DNA from: an uncultured delta proteobacterium
GTDB lineage: Bacteria > Desulfobacterota > Desulfobacteria > Desulfobacterales > Desulfosalsimonadaceae
Direction: 5' to 3'
DNA: 64,000 bases
Assembly: GCA_963826785.1 (NCBI GenBank)
Contig: CAWGYD010000001.1
Location: 352,001 to 416,000, forward strand
A program made the position numbers and the translations under genes. Shown in pieces: positions 1 to 9,645 of this stretch. Below the pieces are notes generated by a model. It was not told the origin of the DNA. It saw only the letters and a list, made by a program, of their open reading frames with translations, and made no database searches. Positions within the stretch are counted from its first letter, which is position 1, and every line of letters begins with the position of its first letter.

Positions 1-564
1 TGGTTTTTCACCTTCTATGTCCAATGGGGCGTTTTCTGGTACAAGATCTCTGTTTCCGCGCTCACCCTGACGGCCCTGTCGTTCGTATTCCAATCCCCCC
101 GCAAGCTGCACCTGAAATTTGACCTGCGCGCGGCCGCCCTGGGCCTGGCATCCGCTGTTCTGCTGTACCTGGTCTTCTGGGCGGGAAAGACCGTTGCCGC
201 GATGATCCTGCCCTTTGCCGGCGACCAGATCGGCTCCATTTATGGAAAAGGGGAGGGGACCGCCATCTGGAAAATCGCCCTGCTGCTCTTCTTTGTCACC
301 GGACCCTGTGAAGAATTCTACTGGCGGGGATTCCTGCAGCGCCGGCTGATGGGCCGGTTCGGAAATCTACAGGGATGGGTCATCGCCACCGTGCTTTATG
401 CCGGCGTGCATATCTCATCGCTCAATTTCATGCTCATCGGGGCCGCCGGTGTCGCCGGCGCTTTCTGGGGCGCCATGTACTGGCGCTTCAAAGACCTCAC
501 CCCGGTCATCATCTCCCATTCCATCTGGAGTACGGTTATTTTTGCCATTCTCCCGGTGCCGTAG
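1..564 (+). CDS. CPBP (CAAX/Abi) family intramembrane metalloprotease, 5' truncated by window edge
   Basis: Frame 1 is open from base 1 (WFFTFYVQWG...); motifs EEFYWRG, YAGVH and SHSIWS; hydrophobic. Confidence 0.88.
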   Translation, partial: WFFTFYVQWGVFWYKISVSALTLTALSFVFQSPRKLHLKFDLRAAALGLASAVLLYLVFWAGKTVAAMILPFAGDQIGSIYGKGEGTAIWKIALLLFFVTGPCEEFYWRGFLQRRLMGRFGNLQGWVIATVLYAGVHISSLNFMLIGAAGVAGAFWGAMYWRFKDLTPVIISHSIWSTVIFAILPVP

Positions 565-757
565 GGACACCCCCCAAGCCCCCCTCAAGGGGGGAATAAA
601 AAAGGGAGGCCCCCTCAAGGGGGGAATTGGAAAGGAGTCCCCCTCAAGGGGGGAATAAAAAAGGGAGGCCCCCTTGAGGGGGCTTGGGGGGCTTGGGGGG
701 GGATTTGATCGTAATTTCAAGTCCTAATCCCCCCTTGAGGGGGGCAGGGGGGTGTCC
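565..757. repeat. REP/MITE-like element: ~30-bp terminal inverted repeats enclosing tandem CCCCC-TCAA-GGGGGG hairpins
   Basis: Left end GGACACCCCCCAAGCCCCCCTCAAGGGGGGAAT; right end reverse complement GGACACCCCCCTGCCCCCCTCAAGGGGGGAT; ~30-bp internal units at 580, 610 and 639 (first and third identical). Confidence 0.8.
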
Positions 758-813
758 TTTCGGCTGCCGCTGAAAAGTTCCTTCCTGTAAAAAAGAGCGC
801 ATGAGGCATTCAC

Positions 814-1589
814 ATGATCGGTGCCATTGCCGGCGATATCATCGGCTCCGTGTATGAGCACTTCCCCATCAAAACCAAGGATTTTCCCCTCTTTGATCCC
901 GCATGCCGCTTTACCGATGACAGTGTTCTGACCATTGCCGTGGCCAGCGCCATTCTCACCGGCCAATCATACGAGCGGCCATCCGGGAGATCGGCCGGCG
1001 CTACCCCGACGCGGGATATGGCGGCTCGTTTATCCGCTGGTTGTTTTCGGACCACCCGCAGCCCTACAACAGCTGGGGAAACGGTGCGGCCATGCGGGTC
1101 AGTCCAATCGGGTTTGCCTTCTCAACCGAAGACGAAGTGCTGGAGGCGGCCGGGAAAAGTGCCTCGATCACCCACGACCACCCCGAGGGCATCAAGGGCG
1201 CCCGGGCCACCGCACTGGCGGTCTTTCTGGCCCGGACAGGGCACCCGAAGGAGACCATCCGCTCCACGATCGGCCGGCGTTTCGGGTATCATCTGACCCG
1301 GGACGTCGACGAAATCCGCCCCGGCTATGCGTTTAATATTTCCTGCCAGAAAACCGTGCCCGAGGCCATCATCGCCTTTCTCGATTCCGACTCCTATGAG
1401 GACGCCGTCCGCAATGCGGTATCGCTGGGCGGGGACAGCGATACCCTGGCCTGCATCACCGGCGGCATCGCAGAGGCTTTCTACGGGGGCGTGCCCGATT
1501 CCATCCGGGAAAAAGTACGGGGCATCCTTCCCCCGGACCTGATGCAAATCGCCGAAACCTTCTGCAGGCAATTTGGAAATCGGGCCTAA
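814..1589 (+). CDS. ADP-ribosylglycohydrolase family protein, frameshifted near 974
   Basis: GAIAGDIIGS and FTDDS lie in one frame; GYGG, SWGNGAAMR, THDHPEG and GGDSDT lie in the next; one base is missing around TACGAGCGGCC. Confidence 0.85.
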
Positions 1590-1789
1590 AGCATAATTTT
1601 AACAGAATTCCCCGGGTTGAATGCGGAAAGGCGAAAATGCCGATCGCCATAAATGAGTTGCAGGCCGTTTGAAAAACAGAGATAATCTGTTTGATCTGAA
1701 TCGAGCAGATAAAAGATGGCAGGCAGCAGAATTTTTTCCGACAATGCGGTTTCCCCAACACAAAAAGAACCCACATCAAGGAGGCGGTG

Positions 1790-3799
1790 ATGGCTTTTGC
1801 ATACCAGCAGGAAGATACCCAGTCCGGGCTTTTTTTCAGGCAGGCGGAGAATTTCAGCAATGACGTGTTCATGCGGGCCAAAATCAAAGACGGCATTTCC
1901 TGCGATGAATGGATCGACACCACCTGGGGGAAAGCCGCACAGGAGGCGCGCTGCATGGGGGCCGGGCTGATCGAAATGGGGATCGGCAAAAATGACCGGG
2001 TCGGGATTTTCTCCCACAACCGGCCCCGGTGGGTCATCGCGGATCTGGCGATTCAGGGGGCCGGCGCTGTCGGCGTGCCCATCTATCCCACCAGCACCGA
2101 TCACCAGCTGTCGTTTATTTTAAACGACTGCGAGGCAAAGGCGGTGATTTCCGGGGACGAATCGCTTCTGGAGCAGGTCCTTCGGGTCCTGCCGGAAGTG
2201 CCAACGCTTAAATTCATCGGATGCCTCTCCCCGGTCAAAAAAGCCGTGGACGACCGGGTTATCGATTTTGATGCCCTGGTGAAGAAGGGGGCGGATTCCG
2301 CTTCCGGCCTGGCGGCGTTTAAGAAAAGAAGCGATCAATTGAAGGCGGAAGATACCGCAGCCATCATTTATACTTCAGGAACCACCGGAAACCCCAAGGG
2401 GGTCGTGCTGAGCCAGGCCAATTTCAAGGCCCAGACCGATGTGCTTCTGAGCACGCCGCTTCCCCAGAAGATCATGGAGCGCAATATCCGCCTGGAAAGC
2501 CTCTGCTTTCTCCCCCTGTGTCATGTCATGGGCAGGGCGACCGATTACCACATGCAGATGGCCATGGGGACGACGATCAATTTCGCCGAAGGCATCAAGA
2601 CCATTCAAAAAGATCTCCTGGAGGTTCGTCCCAATATCTTCTTTTCCGTGCCGCGGCTTTACGAGAAAATTTATGAAGGCGTGAATCTGCATGCCCGGAA
2701 GCTGACGGGTTTTTCAAAAAAGATGTACGACTGGGCCATCAAGACCGGCGATGTGGCCTCGGATCACATGATCGAAGGGACGCCGCTTCCTCCGGCGCTC
2801 GGTCTGAAATTCGCCCTGGCCAACGTCATGGTGTACGACAAGATTCGCAAGATGACCGGCTTTGACCGCCTGGTGGTGGCGGGCAGCGGGGGGGCCGCCC
2901 TTCCCAGGGATATCGCCAAATTTTTCCGCAGCATGAACATCACCATCACCGAAGGGTATGGGCTGACGGAAACCACATCGGCCATCACCTCGAACGCGCC
3001 CATATTCACGGAGCCCCTGCCGGATAAATGGATTTACAAAAAGGCGATGGACTGGCTCGTGGATACCATGGTGATCATGCAGGGAAGCGGCAAAAGCCCC
3101 TTTAAGACCCTCAAAGGGGGCCTCAAGATGACCGTCGTCTCGAAGCTGATTTCGCCGCGTTTTATCATCAAGCCCGGATTTGTCGGCCGGCCCTGCAAGG
3201 ATACGGAAATCAAAATCGCCGAAGACGGCGAGGTGCTGGCAAGAGGGCCCCAGGTGTTCTGTCGGGAGAGCGGCTATTTCAACCAAAGCGGCAAAACAGA
3301 AGAGGTGTTCACCAAAGACGGCTTCTTTAAAACAGGCGATATCGGGGAGATCGATGAAGACGGCTTCCTGAAAATAACGGATCGCAAGAAGGAGCTCATC
3401 GTGACCTCCGGGGGAAAGAACATCGCCCCGCACCCCATCGAAATGGCGCTCAACCTGAACATGTATGTGGATCAGGCCTGCATCATCGGGGACGGCCGCA
3501 ATTACATCACCGCCCTGATCGTCCCGCATTATGCGCTTCTCGAAGAAATGGCCCGGGAGAAGGGGATCTCCTATGACACGATGGCCGGCCTGCTCCGCTC
3601 CCCTGAGATCGTCGGATTTTTCGATGAGCAGGTAAAAAAAGTCAACGAGGGACTGGCCCGCTATGAGCAGATCAAAAAATACTGCCTGCTGGCCGCGCCC
3701 TTCAGCGAGGAAACGGGTGAGCTCACCCCCACCCAGAAGATGAAGCGCAGAATCATATTCGAAAAATACAAGCCCGAAATCGATGCGCTGTACCAATAA
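1790..3799 (+). CDS. Long-chain acyl-CoA synthetase (AMP-forming) with an internal insertion
   Basis: YTSGTTGNPKG, GYGLTET, FKTGDIG and DRKKELI motifs; AGGAGG RBS. Confidence 0.92.
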   Translation: MAFAYQQEDTQSGLFFRQAENFSNDVFMRAKIKDGISCDEWIDTTWGKAAQEARCMGAGLIEMGIGKNDRVGIFSHNRPRWVIADLAIQGAGAVGVPIYPTSTDHQLSFILNDCEAKAVISGDESLLEQVLRVLPEVPTLKFIGCLSPVKKAVDDRVIDFDALVKKGADSASGLAAFKKRSDQLKAEDTAAIIYTSGTTGNPKGVVLSQANFKAQTDVLLSTPLPQKIMERNIRLESLCFLPLCHVMGRATDYHMQMAMGTTINFAEGIKTIQKDLLEVRPNIFFSVPRLYEKIYEGVNLHARKLTGFSKKMYDWAIKTGDVASDHMIEGTPLPPALGLKFALANVMVYDKIRKMTGFDRLVVAGSGGAALPRDIAKFFRSMNITITEGYGLTETTSAITSNAPIFTEPLPDKWIYKKAMDWLVDTMVIMQGSGKSPFKTLKGGLKMTVVSKLISPRFIIKPGFVGRPCKDTEIKIAEDGEVLARGPQVFCRESGYFNQSGKTEEVFTKDGFFKTGDIGEIDEDGFLKITDRKKELIVTSGGKNIAPHPIEMALNLNMYVDQACIIGDGRNYITALIVPHYALLEEMAREKGISYDTMAGLLRSPEIVGFFDEQVKKVNEGLARYEQIKKYCLLAAPFSEETGELTPTQKMKRRIIFEKYKPEIDALYQ

Positions 3800-3812
3800 G
3801 AAGATAAGCTGA

Positions 3813-5651
3813 TCAATACATCGCTTCGATCATGTCCGAAAAGGCCTGGTTGACGTATTTTCGTTTCACCTTCAGGGTGGGGGTGACTTCCCCGTCTTCT
3901 TCGTAGAGCTTCTTGGGGAGTATGGTGAACCTGCGGATGTTTTCCACCCGGGCCAGGGCCGAATTCACCTGCTCGATTTCCCGGCCGATCAGTTCGTTCA
4001 CCTTTCGGTGCTGCGCCAGGTCCCGGTAGGTGGAAAACTGAATTTTTGCGTCCTGGGCGAATTTCACCACGTTGTCCTCGTCGATCATGATCAGTGCGGT
4101 CAAATACTTGCGCCGATCTCCGATGACCACGGCATCGTTGATGTAGATGCTGGCCTTTAGCATGTTTTCGATGTACTGGGGTGAAATATTCTTACCGCCG
4201 GCCGTGATGATGATGTCTTTTTTCCGGTCTGTAATTTTCAAAAAGCCATCTTCATCCATGGTCCCCACGTCACCCGAGTGCAGCCATCCGTCCACCAGAG
4301 TCTCGCCTGTGGCCGTCTCGTTTTTGAAATATCCCGCAAACACACCCGGTGATTTCACCAGGATCTCTCCATCTTCGGCAATTTTTACTTCCGTTCCCGG
4401 TACCGGGGTGCCCACGGTGCCGAATCGTGTTTTTCCCACCCGGGAAGCGCAGGTAACCCCGGTCCCTTCCGTCTGCCCGTATCCTTCGACCAGGTCAAGC
4501 CCAATGGATTGATAGAAATGAAGGACATTGGGCGAAATGGGTGCCGCGCCGGAATAGGCGACCCGGATCCGTTCAAACCCGAGCCTTTCTTTTAGTTTGC
4601 GGAAGACGGCCAGATGGGCGATTCGGAACAAAATCTCCAGACCGAAGGGGACTTTCTGTGAATTCATCTGAAAGAGGGCCCGGCGCTGTCCGATTTTTAA
4701 CGCCGCATGAAATGCCAGCCGTTTCATGCGGGTGGCATCCGACATCCGGATCAGTATGCCCGAATAATATTTTTCCCAGATGCGCGGGACGGCATATCCC
4801 ACTGTGGGGGATACCTCGACCATGTTGTCGGTAATCGTGTCCGGTTTTTCGACGAAGTTCACCACGTAGCCGTGCCGGATATGGGCGAATACGGAAAAGA
4901 GGCGTTCGAAGATGTGGCACAGGGGCAGGAAGGAAAGGACCTCGTCTTTTTCGTGCATGGGGTTTTGGCTTTCGATGGCCTCGGCCATCCAGGTGACATT
5001 CCGGTGGGTCAGCATGGCCCCCTTGGGCGGTCCGGTGGTGCCCGAGGTGTAGATCAGAACGCACAGGTCGCCGGGAGACAGGTTGTCGCTGCGCGCATCC
5101 ACCTTTTGCAGGTCCAGCTTCCTTCCGTGTTCGACCAGTGCCTCATAGGACATCACCATCGGGTCATCAAACTCCCGCAGTCCCTTGGTGTCCCAGACAA
5201 TGACCTTTTTAAGCCCCGGCGCGCGATCCCGGAAATTGAGCCACTTATCCAGCTGCTCTTCATTTTCGGCGAACAGGAAAACCGACTCGGAGTGGGTGAC
5301 CACGTATTCGACCTCCTGCCAGGCGTTGGTCGTGTAAATGCCCACTGAAACACCGCCGGCGCACTGGACCCCCATGTCGATCATCACCCATTCGGGGCAG
5401 TTGTCGCCGATCACCGAAACACAGCCCCCCGGGGGCAGCCCCAGGTCAATCAGGGCGGCCCCGATCTGCCGGGCGGTCTGGTAATAGCGGTTCCACGAAA
5501 TATCGTGCCACACCCCGTATTTCTTGTGGCGCAAGGCAACCGCATCACCTTTGGCGCGTGTCATGCGTTTAAACACCTCAGGGGTGGTCGGCCGCTGCGT
5601 CGATGCGTTTTTCACTCCGGTTTTCACTCTGGGTCCTGCAGGATCCTTCAT
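3813..5651 (-). CDS. Long-chain acyl-CoA synthetase at the end of the Liv-type ABC operon
   Basis: YTSGTTGPPKG, GYGQTEG and LHSGDVG motifs; ATG overlaps the livF stop (TAATG). Confidence 0.92.
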   Translation of the reverse strand: MKDPAGPRVKTGVKNASTQRPTTPEVFKRMTRAKGDAVALRHKKYGVWHDISWNRYYQTARQIGAALIDLGLPPGGCVSVIGDNCPEWVMIDMGVQCAGGVSVGIYTTNAWQEVEYVVTHSESVFLFAENEEQLDKWLNFRDRAPGLKKVIVWDTKGLREFDDPMVMSYEALVEHGRKLDLQKVDARSDNLSPGDLCVLIYTSGTTGPPKGAMLTHRNVTWMAEAIESQNPMHEKDEVLSFLPLCHIFERLFSVFAHIRHGYVVNFVEKPDTITDNMVEVSPTVGYAVPRIWEKYYSGILIRMSDATRMKRLAFHAALKIGQRRALFQMNSQKVPFGLEILFRIAHLAVFRKLKERLGFERIRVAYSGAAPISPNVLHFYQSIGLDLVEGYGQTEGTGVTCASRVGKTRFGTVGTPVPGTEVKIAEDGEILVKSPGVFAGYFKNETATGETLVDGWLHSGDVGTMDEDGFLKITDRKKDIIITAGGKNISPQYIENMLKASIYINDAVVIGDRRKYLTALIMIDEDNVVKFAQDAKIQFSTYRDLAQHRKVNELIGREIEQVNSALARVENIRRFTILPKKLYEEDGEVTPTLKVKRKYVNQAFSDMIEAMY

Positions 5652-6418
5652 TAACGCCACACCTTTTTTCGTTTCCACCGCTGGTAGCCCTTGGCCGATT
5701 CCTGCGATCGCATGCCCATGTAAAATTCCCTGACGTTTTCATCCTTCATCAGTTCGCTCGATCTGCCCGTGAGGACGAATCGCCCGTTTTCGAGGATCAG
5801 TGCATGGTCGGATATCTCCAGGGCCTTGCGGGCGTTTTGCTCCACCAGCAGAATGGTGACCCCTTCCCGGTTGATCTGGCCGATGATCCTGAAAATTTCT
5901 TTGACCAGCAGCGGTGAAAGTCCCAGGGAGGGCTCATCGAGAAAAAGAAGCCGCGGACGGCTCATTAACGCCCTGCCCATGGCCAGCATCTGCTGCTCCC
6001 CTCCGGAGAGGGTGCCCGCCCACTGGTTGATTCGCTGGGAAAGCACCGGGAAATAGGCGAAGATCCGGTTAAAATCACGATCAATGCCTTTTTTGTCCTT
6101 GCGGATGTATGCCCCCATCATCAGGTTTTCGCGGACCGTGAGTTCCTCGAATACTTCGCGGCCCTCGGGAACACAGGAAATCCCCAGCCGGACAATCTGC
6201 TCCGTATCCAAACCATCGATCCGCCGGCCTTCAAATTCGATCGTCCCTTTATCCGGCTGATCCTTGAGAAGCCCCATGACGGTTCGTAAAATAGTGGTTT
6301 TTCCCGCCCCATTGTTGCCGAGAATGGCGGTGATGCTCCCTTCCGCGACACTCAGCGAAGCGCCCCGGATCGCATAGATCAGGTCGTAATAGGTCTCGAT
6401 GTTTTTTATTTCAAGCAT
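5651..6418 (-). CDS. livF: Liv-type ABC transporter ATP-binding subunit
   Basis: GNNGAGKTT, LSGGEQQML and LDEPSLGL motifs. Confidence 0.92.
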   Translation of the reverse strand: MLEIKNIETYYDLIYAIRGASLSVAEGSITAILGNNGAGKTTILRTVMGLLKDQPDKGTIEFEGRRIDGLDTEQIVRLGISCVPEGREVFEELTVRENLMMGAYIRKDKKGIDRDFNRIFAYFPVLSQRINQWAGTLSGGEQQMLAMGRALMSRPRLLFLDEPSLGLSPLLVKEIFRIIGQINREGVTILLVEQNARKALEISDHALILENGRFVLTGRSSELMKDENVREFYMGMRSQESAKGYQRWKRKKVWR

Positions 6419-6523
6419 TCAGCCCTTTTCGTCAATAAATGGGATGATTTTGCACCCGTATGCGGCCGCCCCATGATCCCGGCCCCCAGCAAACCCGATT
6501 GCTCGGTCCTGGTGAAAATCGTT

Positions 6524-7354
6524 TCAGTCAGCTGAAATGACATCCGGGAGCACGGGCTCCGGAGCGCTGTCTGCTTCTGCGTCATCGGCTTCCCCGAGAT
6601 AGGCCGTGAGGACATCGGGGTGTATCCTCACCGCATCGGGAGTCCCTTCGGCAATGGGGCGCCCGAAATTCAGGGCCAGTATCCGGTCGGATATGTCCAT
6701 CACCATGTTCATGTCGTGTTCGATGAGCAGGATGGTGATGCCGAGTTCATCCTGGATATCCTTGATCCAGAAAATCATGTCCTGTTTTTCTTCGGCGTTC
6801 ATCCCGGCACAGGGCTCATCCAGCAAAAGCAGTTCGGGTTCGGCGGCAAGCGCCCGGCCGAGTTCGATTTTTTTCTGGATGCCGTAGGCAAGGCCCCCCA
6901 CCATCTTATTCCGGACCGCCTGGAGTTCCAGCAGATCGATGATCTCCTCCACCTTGCGCCGGTGGGCGATTTCCTCTTTTCCCGCAAACGAATGTTTCCC
7001 CCACATCAATCCGCCCCGGAACAGCCCGGTTTTCATGAACAGGTGCCGGCCCAGCATGATATTTTCCATGGTGTTCATCTTGGAAAACAGCTCGATATTC
7101 TGAAATGTCCGGGCGATCCCCGCCTGGGCCACCTGGTAGGGCTTTTTCCCCTGCATGTTCCGGCCCTTGAAAATGACACTGCCCGCCGATGGGGGATAAA
7201 TGCCGTTGATGCAGTTGAACATGGTGGTTTTGCCTGCACCGTTGGGGCCGATGATGGCATAAACCTCTCCTTTGCCGACTTCGAAGGTGACGCCGTCCAG
7301 GGCAGTCAAGCCGCCGAAGGACATGGAAAGGGATTGTACCGCAAAAAATGTCAT
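6524..7354 (-). CDS. livG: Liv-type ABC transporter ATP-binding subunit
   Basis: GPNGAGKTT, RTFQN, LLLDEP, IEHDM and AYLG motifs. Confidence 0.92.
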   Translation of the reverse strand: MTFFAVQSLSMSFGGLTALDGVTFEVGKGEVYAIIGPNGAGKTTMFNCINGIYPPSAGSVIFKGRNMQGKKPYQVAQAGIARTFQNIELFSKMNTMENIMLGRHLFMKTGLFRGGLMWGKHSFAGKEEIAHRRKVEEIIDLLELQAVRNKMVGGLAYGIQKKIELGRALAAEPELLLLDEPCAGMNAEEKQDMIFWIKDIQDELGITILLIEHDMNMVMDISDRILALNFGRPIAEGTPDAVRIHPDVLTAYLGEADDAEADSAPEPVLPDVISAD

Positions 7355-7430
7355 GCGCGGATCTCCCGGGATGAGGGGAGTTCAGCGAATCTGAAATCCC
7401 CCCATCTTGTTTGGGGCTCCCAAAAGACCA

Positions 7431-8675
7431 TCAGTCCCCCGTCGGGATATAGGTGGTTTTGATCCAGTCGGTGAGGATCTTGGATTTTCCGTCCGCCGTG
7501 CACTGCTGCAGGTAGATTTCATTCTGGCCCAGCCGGCACTGAGGATCATCGGGGTTGAACGGGGCATAGCTGATATTTCCCATGAGCCCCTTGAAATTCT
7601 TCATTTTCTCGAGTTCCTGGACCAGTTTTTCACGGGTCAGCTCCGGACCGCACCGCTTCAGCGCCTCCACCAGGGGTTCGGCCAGGCCGATACCCGTAGT
7701 GAAGGTGTATCCCCACCGTTCATCTTTGGCAGCGAACTGGTCGTAGACTTCTTTTTTATATTTGGCCAGAAGCGCCAGGCTCGGATTTTCGATGCCCTGT
7801 ATTTCGCCGACGTTTCCGGTCGGCTGTGCCATGCCGAAGCTTGCCGTGATCACGCCTTCATATAAACCCTTGGTGATATCCATCATCAGGGGAAAATCCC
7901 CGCATGTGGTCGAACTCATCCACTGGGGTTGAAACTGCATCGCCTTGCCCGTGCCGATCATCCGGGCCACAATGCCGGGGGTGACGAAAAGAAGGACGGC
8001 ATCCGCATCGGCCTGCTTGAGCTTCATGACATGCGGTTTCATATCCGTTTCGGTGACCGCCACGGGCACTTCCGCGATGAGTTTTTTCCCCATCTTGTCC
8101 AGAATGTACCGGGCACCCTCCAGCCCCTGTTTGCCGTAGTCGTCGTTCTGGTAAAGGATGGCGATGTTCTTTTTGCCCATTTCATTTACGGCATACCGGG
8201 TGAGCACCTGGGCGTCCCCCAGGTATAGCGGATAGACGTTGAAGAGGTATTTCTGGGGCGGCTGCACCCAGTGGCGAGAACCGGACGACGGCCCGACCCA
8301 GGGGATCTTGCGCTCCATGAGATAATCCTCCACCGCAAGACCCGGTGCCGTGCCGACCCCGGAAACCCAGGCGAACATGCCGGTCTGCTCCTGGAGCTGT
8401 TTGACGCCGGCCTTGGTCTTGGCCGGGTTGTAGGCATCATCGAAGTAGTGGTGCACCAGTTTGCGTCCGTTGATCCCGCCGTTGGCATTGATCCATTTGA
8501 AATAGGCGTCCGTGCCCCGGGCGACAGCGCCCCAGGGTGCTGCCGGGCCGGTCTGGGGACTCCACTGTCCGATGTGAATTTCCGTGTCCGTCACGCCGAC
8601 TTCACAATTGCCGGCGGCGCCCAGGGCGAAGACCAATACGAAACCGATTAATGCGGTCATCCATTTTCTTCTCAT
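7431..8675 (-). CDS. Liv-type ABC transporter substrate-binding protein
   Basis: Signal peptide; INANGGINGRKL, DDAYNP and YQNDDYGK motifs. Confidence 0.9.
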   Translation of the reverse strand: MRRKWMTALIGFVLVFALGAAGNCEVGVTDTEIHIGQWSPQTGPAAPWGAVARGTDAYFKWINANGGINGRKLVHHYFDDAYNPAKTKAGVKQLQEQTGMFAWVSGVGTAPGLAVEDYLMERKIPWVGPSSGSRHWVQPPQKYLFNVYPLYLGDAQVLTRYAVNEMGKKNIAILYQNDDYGKQGLEGARYILDKMGKKLIAEVPVAVTETDMKPHVMKLKQADADAVLLFVTPGIVARMIGTGKAMQFQPQWMSSTTCGDFPLMMDITKGLYEGVITASFGMAQPTGNVGEIQGIENPSLALLAKYKKEVYDQFAAKDERWGYTFTTGIGLAEPLVEALKRCGPELTREKLVQELEKMKNFKGLMGNISYAPFNPDDPQCRLGQNEIYLQQCTADGKSKILTDWIKTTYIPTGD

Positions 8676-8748
8676 CGGGACCTTCCTTTCTTATTGGTTA
8701 AACGCAAAATTCCGACCCGTCATCCGATTGAAAATTGTCCCGGGCCGG

Positions 8749-9624
8749 TCACACTTTTTTCACATAATGCCGCGCGAACAATCCGCTCGGCTTGATGCAC
8801 AACACAATGACGATTACCGCAAAGGCCACCACCGACTTGAACTCGATGGATATGTATCCGCCGAAGAGATGTTCGACGATGCCGACGATATAAGCGCCGA
8901 ATACCGCTCCCGGCAGAGACGTCATTCCCCCCACCACGGCCCCGGCAAATCCCTTGAGCAGCGGGTCCCACATCATATAGGGCTCCATGATGGTCGGCGC
9001 GATCAGAAGCCCGGCCACCGTTCCCACCATGGCGGAGATCCCCCAGGTCATCATTTTGACCCGGTTGGTCCTGATTCCCATAAGGCGTGCGGCGGTTTCG
9101 TTCTGCTGGGTGGCTTTCATGGCCACGCCGAGCCTGGAAAAGCGAAAGAAGAGAAACAACCCGGTCATCAGGACGAGGGCAACCACCAGCGTCAGCAGAT
9201 CGAGCAGGCTGATGTACATGCCGCCGAACATCACGCTCGCATAGGGGGAGATCGGAAAGGGCATGGTCCGCTGGTCGGCCCCGAATTTCCATGACACCAG
9301 CCCCATCAGCATCATCTCCATTCCGATGGTGATAATAATCAGACCGAGAATATTGGGTTCCTTGGCCCTGCGGACGACGGCAAACTCCAGAAAACATCCC
9401 AGGAAAGCGGCAAAGAGAAGTGCGCCGGCAAATGCCGCCCATAGGGGAAGGCCGTAGGAATGGATGATCAAATAAGCGATGAAAACGGGCAGGAGCGCCA
9501 TTTCCCCCTGCACGAAATTGGGGACTTCAGAGGCTTTGTAGATTAGGACCATACCCAGTCCCATCAGCGCATAGGAGCTTCCCACCGCGATTCCGCTGAT
9601 GACCATCTGCAAAAATTCAATCAT
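8749..9624 (-). CDS. livH: Liv-type ABC transporter permease
   Basis: GSSYALMGLG, NFVQGE, AARLMGI and KPSGLF motifs. Confidence 0.9.
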   Translation of the reverse strand: MIEFLQMVISGIAVGSSYALMGLGMVLIYKASEVPNFVQGEMALLPVFIAYLIIHSYGLPLWAAFAGALLFAAFLGCFLEFAVVRRAKEPNILGLIIITIGMEMMLMGLVSWKFGADQRTMPFPISPYASVMFGGMYISLLDLLTLVVALVLMTGLFLFFRFSRLGVAMKATQQNETAARLMGIRTNRVKMMTWGISAMVGTVAGLLIAPTIMEPYMMWDPLLKGFAGAVVGGMTSLPGAVFGAYIVGIVEHLFGGYISIEFKSVVAFAVIVIVLCIKPSGLFARHYVKKV

Positions 9625-9645
9625 GGCAGTGCGATTTCCTCCGGA

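Noticed and set aside
580..682. ~30-bp periodic palindromic repeats as a CRISPR array
   Set aside because: Intervening segments are only ~12 bp and repeat (units 1 and 3 identical); there are no unique spacers and no cas genes
814..1589. ADP-ribosylglycohydrolase as part of a toxin-immunity or DraT/DraG system
   Set aside because: No ADP-ribosyltransferase or nif gene is visible in the window
8720..9442. 240-aa ORF overlapping livH on the same strand
   Set aside because: Alternative-frame ORF with Arg/Gly-rich composition and no motifs
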